64,000 nucleotides of DNA from Limisphaerales bacterium. GTDB lineage: Bacteria > Verrucomicrobiota > Verrucomicrobiia > Limisphaerales > JAJOIW01. The notes beneath the pieces were generated by a model. That model was not told where the DNA came from and made no database searches. It saw nothing but the letters and a program-made list of their open reading frames with translations. Made by a program: the position numbers and the translations under genes. The stretch covers positions 160,001-224,000 of the forward strand of contig CBFHOE010000002.1 of assembly GCA_965657355.1 (NCBI GenBank), read 5' to 3'. Shown piece after piece: positions 42,647 through 51,763 of the stretch; the stretch's first letter is position 1; the number at the start of each line of letters is the position of its first letter.

Positions 42647-43547
42647 AATCAGCACCCCCATTAAAAACAGGTCTAAAATGACTGAAAATCTGGAGCCTTG
42701 CCACTATGTTCATACGCAACGCACCAATCCTCTGGTTCTAAGGGAAATACATTGAAATAAGATTATAAAATATGGATTGTTTTTTCTGTTTACACAGGTT
42801 TATGAATGACTTTTGGAATCGTCTATAAAAGGATAAACTGGCTGATACTATTGCATTTAAGCCTCCGTGGATTCACAACATGAGAAGTTTATATAGTTGC
42901 GGATTCCTACTCAGGCAAACGGCAAGCATCACATCATTAAAAATAGAATAAGAATCAACTTTACTTGGTGCGCCTCACAAACAAAAACACCATATGCTTT
43001 CAGCCTGATAGGCTAGGTCTGTGACGACTAAAGCACAGTGTTGCTGTTCTCAGATATAAAACAAATTCAATATGTTACTAACTTCTTCATCAATTTCTCC
43101 ATGCGTGGTCCTATTTTCTGACAAAATAATTAATGTTCCTCTAAAATGCGCAGAAAAGTACATGTATTCATTCAGCAGATGCAAAATTTTGGTAGGGTAG
43201 CGAAACCGCACTGAACTGGGTTTACCCTATAAAAATCGACGTGTATTAATGTCTTCATTGGGACGGTCACTTCGTTATAGATTGCGAAAATGACAGTTGG
43301 GTGATCGAGATAAATCAAAATTCATTCGGGATAGCGAATCAATAAATGAATTTTTAAATGACCATACTCGCTAGGATCTGAATAGATTATCTGGGTGGCG
43401 ACAGGAAAGAGAACTTATGACTATCCCATAGGTCTATATATTAAAGTTTATTGAGAATCTTTATATGAAACCGATAAATAGAAAACTGTTTCAGCGCATG
43501 AAGCGATCGATCAATCTACTTCAGGAAGGAATATCTTTATCCAGCTA

Positions 43548-43925
43548 CTAATCCCATAAAGGATTGGGTTGGTAAAGCGGAGTTGCCCATGGGGACTGTT
43601 TCCCCTCTTCCAAGCCCTTATCTTCGACACGTTGAGCATTTTCCAAATAATCGAGAATCTGATTTCGAGTTTTTCTTGGCAAAGGCCACATGCCATTTTT
43701 TTGCTGCATGATATCAATGGTTTTCGACCAGCCTTCTCTGGACATATGATTGGCGGCGACAATTGCAGTTGAATGACAGGGCATACAGTTGGCTTGAACA
43801 AGTTCTACCCCGTTCCCTGGCTTAAGCCTGTATGACGGATCTACGTCGAGTTGAGGTTGCTCAACAGAAGTAATTTGACCAGTGACCAATAAAGAAATAG
43901 CCAGTGAAATAAGTATAAAATTCAT
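43548..43925 (-). CDS. Monoheme cytochrome c, SorB-like
   Basis: Signal peptide, CMPCH, W...I..MQ...GMW, ILDYL; 4-nt overlap with upstream molybdoenzyme gene. Confidence 0.85.
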   Translation of the reverse strand: MNFILISLAISLLVTGQITSVEQPQLDVDPSYRLKPGNGVELVQANCMPCHSTAIVAANHMSREGWSKTIDIMQQKNGMWPLPRKTRNQILDYLENAQRVEDKGLEEGKQSPWATPLYQPNPLWD

Positions 43926-45184
43926 GAGACTTTTACAGCTATTCTATGCATGGCGTTGTTTAAATACCCCTTGGGGTTCCATCCGGGCACAAGCATTGGT
44001 TGCATTCGACCCGTGTCGTCGGTCGCCCTGGCCCAAACCTCAAAATATCCCTTTGATGGAAACTCAACAAGGCTGTTCCATCTTTGCCAAGCGTATTTGT
44101 TACGCGGCTTCTTTAATCCGGCTTTTATCCAGGTTGCCCCAAAGTCAATGCTGAGATGTACCTCTCTGACACTCCCTGATCCAGACCACGCATGACCACG
44201 AATTGGAAGAGAGAATTTATCCACAATCTCAACCCCGGAGCCCGGGCGCGTGATTAAAGATTTAACTGGCATTTCTTCAATAATTTCAAGGTCCTTATCT
44301 GGGACTTTAGTACCGGGAGCCACGGGATTTTTGGGTACGCGATAGGAAGTGCCCGTCATTTTGGCACCGTCATGGACTTGATTTCGAACCCATATCCTTT
44401 TCAACCATTTTCCGCTGGTCGAACCAGGCCATCCAGGACAAACCAATCTCAATGGAAATCCATGAATTGCAGGTAAAGGTTGGCCATTCATAGACCATAC
44501 CAACAAAGTGTGGGGATCGAGTGCCTTTTCGATTGGGACACCTCTTGAAATAGCTTGTTTTTTAGGATCTCGACTGAGATGGATGTCCTCGCTTTCATAA
44601 GCAACATAGACTGCCGAATTTTTAACACCAGCATCTTCAAGAACATCTCTCAGTCGCACTCCTTCGTATTCGGCACACCCTACGGCACCAATGGTCCACT
44701 GGTTTCCAGAAGCCGGGGGGTGATACCCGGCACGCCCATTGCCACCACATTCTATAACGAGAGCCGCTTTAGTTTTAGAATACTTTCTTCGAAGAGCATC
44801 CATATTTAACTTTAAGGGACGAGATACCTCACCGTTTACAACAAGACTCCATCCATCAAGGTTCTTTTCAAGCGCTCGTTTGGGAACAAGACCATTATTT
44901 CGTACGAAGTGCCGTGATATAGGAGTAATTTCACTATCTAATAAAGTGGCGGGGGTCTCGGCATTCCAAGGCCGGTCACTCAGAACTCTCAAACCTAGTT
45001 TACCATCCATGGGGTTTGCTGGAATGGGTTGAGACCAACCCATTATGGTGAAGTGGTCCGAAATATTGTTCATGAAAGGAACAGGTATACCGGCCGCCAC
45101 CATAGCACTGGCTGTTTTGAAGAATTTTCTTCTCGTTGTCCCGCCACCCATATTGGGATTCTCAGTTTTTTTGAGACCGCTCAT
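43922..45184 (-). CDS. Tat-exported sulfite oxidase-family molybdoenzyme, SorA-like (ORF open from 45223)
   Basis: TRRKFF Tat motif; NAETP, HFVRNNG, ECGGNGR (Mo-Cys), HGFPLRL..PGW.G..SGKW, WNPKGYLNN. Confidence 0.92.
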   Translation of the reverse strand: MSGLKKTENPNMGGGTTRRKFFKTASAMVAAGIPVPFMNNISDHFTIMGWSQPIPANPMDGKLGLRVLSDRPWNAETPATLLDSEITPISRHFVRNNGLVPKRALEKNLDGWSLVVNGEVSRPLKLNMDALRRKYSKTKAALVIECGGNGRAGYHPPASGNQWTIGAVGCAEYEGVRLRDVLEDAGVKNSAVYVAYESEDIHLSRDPKKQAISRGVPIEKALDPHTLLVWSMNGQPLPAIHGFPLRLVCPGWPGSTSGKWLKRIWVRNQVHDGAKMTGTSYRVPKNPVAPGTKVPDKDLEIIEEMPVKSLITRPGSGVEIVDKFSLPIRGHAWSGSGSVREVHLSIDFGATWIKAGLKKPRNKYAWQRWNSLVEFPSKGYFEVWARATDDTGRMQPMLVPGWNPKGYLNNAMHRIAVKVS

Positions 45185-45351
45185 TACATTTAAAAATTTA
45201 TCAAACAACGCGGTTGGAAACAACTACCAAGCTCTTTGGTTGCACTCCAAACGCATCTATTCCAAGTCAAAACGTACAATCGAAATTGAAATTGTAAAAA
45301 AAGAAAAAAATGAGGACCATGTAGGCTGAAATTAGTTGGCGATAATTTATT

Positions 45352-45945
45352 ATGAAAAAAATATTGCAGTATTTAGTTATATGTTTCTTGGCAGCCTCTG
45401 CGATTGAAGTCAACGCTCAAACGGCCGATCCGTTCTATCTACCTGCTATAGAGATATCCACCGAGGGTGACGGATTTAATATCGCGATTCAATTTAATGA
45501 ACCATTTAGATGGAAGAATACGAGTTATAAATCTCTGGATAAATTCCCACAGCCATTCTTTGGCCTTCCAGATGTCCCTCACGAAATATGGTTCCAGGAA
45601 AATAAAGAACTTCATTTTCGCCAAACCGATATAGTTTTTATTGGAACATATAAGAATCTATCTGAATACGAAATAGAGGCCAACGTCAACGCATTAGGAA
45701 AGATAGTCGGCGTTTTTAACGAACAAACTCACTTACTAACTTTTGACGGGCTGGATTATTCACCCCATTTTCCTGTCCCTAAGATCATCCTGGAAAAATC
45801 AGATGACTTAAAAAATTGGACCCAGATAAATTTGGATGGGAAGTTGCCAAGAGAATATCATTGGCCAGCAGAGGTAAAATTAAATTTCCAATTCAATGAA
45901 GAAAGCCAGCTCTCTTTCTTCAGGGTCAAACTTGGGGAAGAATAA
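45352..45945 (+). CDS. Secreted hypothetical protein
   Basis: Sec signal (MKK...VNA); C-terminal LEKSDDLKNW...FFRVK segment. Confidence 0.75.
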   Translation: MKKILQYLVICFLAASAIEVNAQTADPFYLPAIEISTEGDGFNIAIQFNEPFRWKNTSYKSLDKFPQPFFGLPDVPHEIWFQENKELHFRQTDIVFIGTYKNLSEYEIEANVNALGKIVGVFNEQTHLLTFDGLDYSPHFPVPKIILEKSDDLKNWTQINLDGKLPREYHWPAEVKLNFQFNEESQLSFFRVKLGEE

Positions 45946-46385
45946 TTCTAAATATTTACATCAATGCCTACGAGGTTATGCCATCTTAAAACCTCAAGCA
46001 AAAAACTGCTCGCTATTTCTCCCAAGGAAAAGCGTTAATAGTAAAACCCGTCGTATTACCATCGGGCGAAATGTTCTCATACTCGTGCGTGTGAATTTAA
46101 TTTTCTACACCTCAGAGCGCACGTTTTTAAATACAAATATGCAACGATCCTAAAAAAACACCCTCTCGAAAGGAAAAACTCATGATTTTTCGATCGAAAA
46201 CCAGACGCTTTTTCGTCCGGCGCACAAATCTTCAAATACTTCACGACTCTAAAAAGTCATACACACAATAAAAATTATACGGTCCTATTCATTATATATT
46301 TCAAAAAAAAATATATTTATAAAAATTATACCAAATCCATAGAAATAAGCTTGATCCAAGAATGTATCTTACATAGAAAAAAATT

Positions 46386-47981
46386 ATGTGGAGAAATTAC
46401 GGCACAGCGAGGAAAGAAGGTGATGTCGACATTTTTAAAACTAAAATAATTAAGACGCATCCGAATAATTTCCTCACTGGAATAGTATTCATTTCTTTAA
46501 GTTTAGCATTCCAAACCTTACTAGCAGGTGAGGCAGACAGCTTCAACTATTCTGCATCTGTTGATATTTCAACAAAGCACGAGCAAATTTCGAGTAGCAG
46601 TATTGCTTTAAATTCTTACCGGTCCTACCACCACTATGACGTTGCTGTAGACCAGAATATGAACCTACTCAATATGGGATATGGCACATCAATGGAACTT
46701 GTGACAGGAACACACTCCTACAATGCCACATATGGTTATACCAATTTCATAAAAACAACCTCATGGGATATCAATTTACAAGATATTATTATCACGAAGT
46801 TTGGAATGGAAAATGGTACTCCACTAAACGGACTACCTTTTAAGGGGAATATCGACGACATACCGGAAGCAAGTATTGCTACATTAGATAATTTTTCAAA
46901 AACGATCAAGCATACCACTCATTCCATCTCAAAAGGATACACATTCAATCTTGAAGTAACAACTTCGCTGGCAGACTGGGCAAAAAGCGGCATTGGTTCC
47001 GTCTTCAGAGGAATCATTTTTGATTATTCGGAAGTTCATGAAGTATCAATTACCCCAAATATAAATTCATTTTTAATAACCTCCGTCGACTCAGGACAAA
47101 AAAACGGATGGGATTTCCCGATTCAAATCAGTCAAACTGAAAGCTCCCATTCTTTACCTATTGAAAAAGTCACCGACTGCAACGGAAAATCGGGTTTCTT
47201 TATTGTTGCACCTTTTACCCCCGGAAGGAACAACACCAAAGTATTCAGTTACGATATAAGATTGGACGACACAAATCCCATAAACCGCACAATTCTTAAA
47301 AATTACCAACCTGTTTTTACTTGGAAAATCGCCAGTCACAGCCCCCTTTCATTCAACACCCCTCCTCCGCCAAAAGGTATATCTATCATTGATTACTCGA
47401 AATCTATCACCGACGAAATAAACCGTAAACTGCTCGCAGGCTTCACATCTCTTAGCACTGAATTAGACCAGTGCACCCCAATGAACCCTAACGGAAATTG
47501 GGCCAACATAGACAATCCCGATCACGTTCGCTGGTGGATATCAGCAAAACTTGAAAAGGAAGGCTCCCATAACGGAAACCTAGCCTTCTACAGCCATAAC
47601 AATTTAGATGATGGTTTGTTTACTGAAATTTTCACGATAGAGGAGTTGGTCGCATTCTCCGAAAAAATAAACATGTCTCCTACGAGCAGTAATATTATCA
47701 TTGTCGATACAGTCCTTATTCCAGATCTCCGCTATAGTGGCATGGTCAGAAATGCTCACACGTTTTCTAATGTAGATGGAAGATTCACCATACTTGACAC
47801 AAAGCTGAATACTAACGTTTTACTCCATGAATACTTTCATACAAATCATGGATTAATTCATAGGCCAGCCCGGACATCGGGAGCGAACAGGGCTCTATTA
47901 AACAGTCTATCTATTCATGGCAATGAATTAAACGCTTTTGAATGGATAAAAATCGGAGAATCAGATTTCGCAAGGAATTGA
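46386..47981 (+). CDS. Secreted hypothetical protein with C-terminal HExxH zincin-like motif
   Basis: 531-aa ORF, hydrophobic stretch near N-terminus, VLLHEYFHTNHGLIH. Confidence 0.7.
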   Translation: MWRNYGTARKEGDVDIFKTKIIKTHPNNFLTGIVFISLSLAFQTLLAGEADSFNYSASVDISTKHEQISSSSIALNSYRSYHHYDVAVDQNMNLLNMGYGTSMELVTGTHSYNATYGYTNFIKTTSWDINLQDIIITKFGMENGTPLNGLPFKGNIDDIPEASIATLDNFSKTIKHTTHSISKGYTFNLEVTTSLADWAKSGIGSVFRGIIFDYSEVHEVSITPNINSFLITSVDSGQKNGWDFPIQISQTESSHSLPIEKVTDCNGKSGFFIVAPFTPGRNNTKVFSYDIRLDDTNPINRTILKNYQPVFTWKIASHSPLSFNTPPPPKGISIIDYSKSITDEINRKLLAGFTSLSTELDQCTPMNPNGNWANIDNPDHVRWWISAKLEKEGSHNGNLAFYSHNNLDDGLFTEIFTIEELVAFSEKINMSPTSSNIIIVDTVLIPDLRYSGMVRNAHTFSNVDGRFTILDTKLNTNVLLHEYFHTNHGLIHRPARTSGANRALLNSLSIHGNELNAFEWIKIGESDFARN

Positions 47982-47984
47982 CTT

Positions 47985-48797
47985 ATGAAAGGTAAGGTTA
48001 AATCATTAATTAGTCTTTGTATATTGCTCTTTTTTTTGCAAAGTCTTCACACCAAAAAACAACAAAATCTCAGCCCAAAAACGAGCATTACTAATACTTC
48101 CCTTGCAACTAAAAGAAATGAAAAAACTAGAAAATTTGATAATAAAATTAAGCATAAAGAAGGTAGAGAAAGCTCAAATGATTTGGTTCAAAAAACAAAC
48201 CAAAAAACAAAATTAACAGGGGATTTAATTCTTAACTACAATACTTTAGAGGAAAAAGATAGCGATGCATATATAACAATTTATAAAAAAATGTGTAGGA
48301 TTTCAGATCAAAAAATATTTGATGCTATCTATTCAGACATGATCTCCGACGGATTCCCAAAGCTACCAAACCAAGAAATCAGTTCATACGGCATATTAAA
48401 GTTTTCCTACATCGCGTTGGCAAATAGCATCCAAAACAATGCTAGCCTTGAAAAAATTCGAGATTTTTTAAAAACTCCAATTCCTAATCTCATCACCGGC
48501 AATAGTCAGGAATTAAAAACAAACCTAAATAGAACAGCATTAATTTGTAGCCTTGGAATTAGCGGAAAACCAGAAATTTTCAATATTTTGAGAGAAGAAT
48601 ACATTACTTCCCCCTCAATAGATAATGGTGTTGGAATGGCGGCATTTTGGTATGATTACAAAAATCAATATTATAAATATTTTTTTATTAATGCAAACCA
48701 CGCCTTGGAACCATTTTACGATGACAATTTTTTTCTAGGTCTAATCTTACTCAGGCTTCCATTCTTTCCTTATATAAAAAATGGGCCTCATCTCTAG
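47985..48797 (+). CDS. Hypothetical membrane-anchored protein, very AT-rich; possibly frameshifted near 3' end
   Basis: Starts 3 nt after previous stop; N-terminal hydrophobic segment then K/N/T-rich linker. Confidence 0.65.
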   Translation: MKGKVKSLISLCILLFFLQSLHTKKQQNLSPKTSITNTSLATKRNEKTRKFDNKIKHKEGRESSNDLVQKTNQKTKLTGDLILNYNTLEEKDSDAYITIYKKMCRISDQKIFDAIYSDMISDGFPKLPNQEISSYGILKFSYIALANSIQNNASLEKIRDFLKTPIPNLITGNSQELKTNLNRTALICSLGISGKPEIFNILREEYITSPSIDNGVGMAAFWYDYKNQYYKYFFINANHALEPFYDDNFFLGLILLRLPFFPYIKNGPHL

Positions 48798-48881
48798 TTT
48801 CTAAAGAAGTTTCAGATTTTTTTAGAGAGGTAGGATATAACAACAACTCAATTACACTCAGGTAAAAATTTCTAATTTAAA

Positions 48882-49265
48882 ATGATAAAAAATATAGTAG
48901 CGTGCATCTTAATGGTTATATTGGTGGCTTTTCCAATTGTGGCATCGGAGGTTGTATTTCTTGGAAGCCGAGAACCGGAACAAAACATGAGCCCCGAAAA
49001 AAAGTATAGTTCTGAGGAGTTTACAAGGAGGGAAGAAATTCGGTTACCGAGACATATCAACAGGGAATTTCATATCCTTCGGCATTTAGAGATCATAGAG
49101 AGAATTCTATTTATCCAAGAATTACAGCAAATTTTGGGGGATGGGAAAATAGACCCACGGCTGACTTATGAACTAATGTGCAGTGAAATCGAGGTGTTGG
49201 GCAGCGAACATAAGCAGATAAGGCACTTATTGATTGAAGACGTGAGAAAGGGTCGTTTGAAGTGA
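48882..49265 (+). CDS. Small secreted hypothetical protein
   Basis: ATG, signal-peptide-like N-terminus. Confidence 0.55.
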   Translation: MIKNIVACILMVILVAFPIVASEVVFLGSREPEQNMSPEKKYSSEEFTRREEIRLPRHINREFHILRHLEIIERILFIQELQQILGDGKIDPRLTYELMCSEIEVLGSEHKQIRHLLIEDVRKGRLK

Positions 49266-49483
49266 GCGAATAAATCACAAAGGTTCTTTTGTTTTTCAAA
49301 AATTTTTTAAAATATTATCGCAGGGAGAAGTTACTGACTTTTGGGGCAAGCATCCAAAGCTCATTTATCCAAGCTTTAGTTTTACAACTAAGGAAGCCGC
49401 GATCTAGGACGCGTTATTTTCGGCTGGCAGTTATTTTAAAAAGCGCTTTTTGATGTCGGCATGCCGAATGGAAAGATCTGGAG

Positions 49484-50581
49484 TTATTTAAGTCTACTAT
49501 TAAATCCTTTTTGCTTTGTCGCATAGGTTTCAGAGTGATTTCTAGCAGGGATTGACATACTGTAAGACAAACCATTAGAAGCTACGGACAGCTTGATAAC
49601 ATTTTCATCTGAAACCCTATTGAGATTTGCGATAAATTCATCCGCTGTGTTGTTCTCGATGTCATCTCTTAGGTTCTTACGCACTTGATACATGGCCTTG
49701 ATGGACGGGGTATCTTTGAGTGTTTGAAAGGTTTTTGGGCCACAACCTTTTCTATGTCCATTATTCATCACGGTCACTGTGGGGCTCAGCATCTGAAGCA
49801 ATATGGGATTGTTGCTTGAGTCGAGGCCATGGTGATTAACCTGATAGACGTCTACTTGGCCATGTGGATTAATGGGGGAAACTATTTGAGCTTCCACATT
49901 CCAGGACGTATCCCCTCCGTGGTAGAAGGCGAAATCTCCAAACCTGACAATCCAATTAATACTATTAGCATTGTCAGTAGGGTCAATTTTTCGGGGAATA
50001 AATTCAGGAGCATGAGCACTAGTCAAAATGTCTGGGGAGATGGGCTTAGTATCAACGACCTGATCCGCAGCGATGCACCTTATAGTGAGTTTAGGCAGTC
50101 CGGCTTGTTGTTTTAATGCGAGCTCATCGCCCGTTTTGATGGTGATCCTGTTTGCGGCTATTGCTTTATATGATTTGATTTTGAGGTGAAATGTTCTGTC
50201 CTCGATCAACTTTTCCGGAATTCCTTTATCGACAATATTTTTGATTGGCATGAGCTGTGCTAGTTCAGCGGCACCGCCATAATGGTCGATATGAAAATGG
50301 CTAGTGAGGAGATAATCGATTTGTTTGAGCCCCGCGACTTCGGTAGCCATTCGATGTATGCGGCTGGCGTCTCGATTACCTGGATTTCCGCTGTCGAATA
50401 AAAGACTTTCGCCCGAAGGCGTGACCATCAAAGTCGCCCCCCCGCCCTCAACGTCTACCCAAAAAACATCGAGGCGCCTCTCCGCCTCCACGCTAAGGCA
50501 CATAAAAGAGGAGGCGAAAAATGTCACTAAGACTATAAGGCCAAAGAAATCTGCATTTTTTGGCATTATGGAGAATTTCAT
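49484..50581 (-). CDS. ComEC/Rec2-type metallo-beta-lactamase fold hydrolase, secreted (ORF open from 50656)
   Basis: DVEGGGATL, SHFHIDHYGG, N.NSI, GGD, VNHHG...SN. Confidence 0.85.
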   Translation of the reverse strand: MKFSIMPKNADFFGLIVLVTFFASSFMCLSVEAERRLDVFWVDVEGGGATLMVTPSGESLLFDSGNPGNRDASRIHRMATEVAGLKQIDYLLTSHFHIDHYGGAAELAQLMPIKNIVDKGIPEKLIEDRTFHLKIKSYKAIAANRITIKTGDELALKQQAGLPKLTIRCIAADQVVDTKPISPDILTSAHAPEFIPRKIDPTDNANSINWIVRFGDFAFYHGGDTSWNVEAQIVSPINPHGQVDVYQVNHHGLDSSNNPILLQMLSPTVTVMNNGHRKGCGPKTFQTLKDTPSIKAMYQVRKNLRDDIENNTADEFIANLNRVSDENVIKLSVASNGLSYSMSIPARNHSETYATKQKGFNSRLK

Positions 50582-50689
50582 AATTCTTGCTTCCCACTTA
50601 TTTCTCGAAAAATCAAGTGAGATTTTATGATTTTTTCTTGCATTGGTCCTGTTCATGTCGTTTCATGTGCCTTCCTTCGGGACCCAAAT

Positions 50690-50765
<76 letters not shown>

Positions 50766-50958
50766 CCTTTTTTTATCGTTTTCCTGCAAAAAACAAAGAA
50801 AAACGACCAAATACTGATTTTCTCACAAAACTGGCAAATTTGTTAAATGTGCCAGAAAATGCAGGAAAACACCGATTTCTAGCAACTGTTTTAGCAACTA
50901 TTTTGGGGCTAACCCAAAGTTTGGGAATGTTCATTTTTTCATAACTAACATCTAAATG

Positions 50959-51039
50959 TCATCCACGTTGAGCCATCATCAGTAATCTGTAGCTTTCAAA
51001 GTTTCTAAAGCCATATGCTCTTCTTTGGGTGTTCTTCAG
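50959..51039 (-). mobile_element. ISL3-family transposase C-terminal remnant
   Basis: Minus-strand translation LKNTQRRAYGFRNFESYRLLMMAQRG* resembles the ISL3 RRAYGFRNF..YRL end; stop codon just upstream. Confidence 0.7.
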
Positions 51040-51293
51040 TGATTAAATTGCTCCGGGTAAATAGCCACATTCGAACGATTCCTCAGATCAGGATCTGAGT
51101 GTTTGGCTAATTGTTTTGATGCTTTGAAGTTTATATTGGTCTAATACTGAGAGCATACAATGAGTCGAGCAATGTGTTCTCGGCAAGAGTCTTAGTAGAG
51201 AGTTTAGAATTTGAGTAAAGAGCGTATGTTGATTAGTCTTTAAGGACTCAAAGAGCTGGTTCAAAGGCAACTGGTCTTTTGGTCTAATGATTG

Positions 51294-51325
51294 GTTTCAA
51301 TCCGCGCTCCCGTGATGGGAGCGAC
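51294..51325 (-). CRISPR. Single 32-nt type I-C CRISPR repeat (no second repeat seen)
   Basis: GTCGCTCCCATCACGGGAGCGCGGATTGAAAC: CGCTCCC/GGGAGCG stem, 5-nt loop, ATTGAAAC end; 132 nt downstream of cas2. Confidence 0.93.
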
Positions 51326-51457
51326 CGCGTGACTGTTAAGCCACAAAGTGTCAACAGGTTCCAGTGGTGTTTCCGCGAACCTGGATTTTTAATATGTCAA
51401 AGAGCAGTGTTTTCCCAATTTTCAACCAGTGTTTACTTGGGGTTCGCGGAAGCCCAC
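51326..51457 (-). promoter_or_regulatory. CRISPR leader
   Basis: Between cas2 stop and repeat; perfect 11-bp inverted repeat TTCCGCGAACC (51371-51381) / GGTTCGCGGAA (51441-51451). Confidence 0.8.
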
Positions 51458-51748
51458 TCAAACGATGAGCGGACCGTCCGGGTCGTAGGGTTCCTTCTGT
51501 CCGAAATGCTCAACGCGACCCTGCCAGTTTCGCCCCAAGTTGTAGACCCGTATGGAATCTTCCTCTGGTTTCATAATTTTGCACAGCTTGTTTTTCAATT
51601 CTACGAATTTTCCTGGGTCGACCTTGCATTCGAAAACAGAGTTTTGTACGCGTTGTCCATAATCAAGGCAGACTTTTGCAATCTGTCGCAGGCGTTTGCG
51701 CCCGGCAGGACTTGTGGTGGAAACGTCGTAGGTTATTAGGGTGTACAT
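51458..51748 (-). CDS. cas2: Cas2
   Basis: LITYDV, RLRQIAK.C.DYGQRVQNSVFEC, DSIRVY. Confidence 0.97.
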   Translation of the reverse strand: MYTLITYDVSTTSPAGRKRLRQIAKVCLDYGQRVQNSVFECKVDPGKFVELKNKLCKIMKPEEDSIRVYNLGRNWQGRVEHFGQKEPYDPDGPLIV

Positions 51749-51763
51749 GATGTCTTGGGCGAA

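Noticed and set aside
51228..51259. Possible degenerate second repeat one spacer length after the lone repeat (CCAGCTC...TCAAC on minus strand)
   Set aside because: Shares little beyond GCTC and the terminal AAC and lacks the repeat stem; consistent with chance.
51088..51739. ORFs 51088..51354(-) and 51287..51739(+)
   Set aside because: They cross the repeat, leader or cas2 antisense; no protein motifs.
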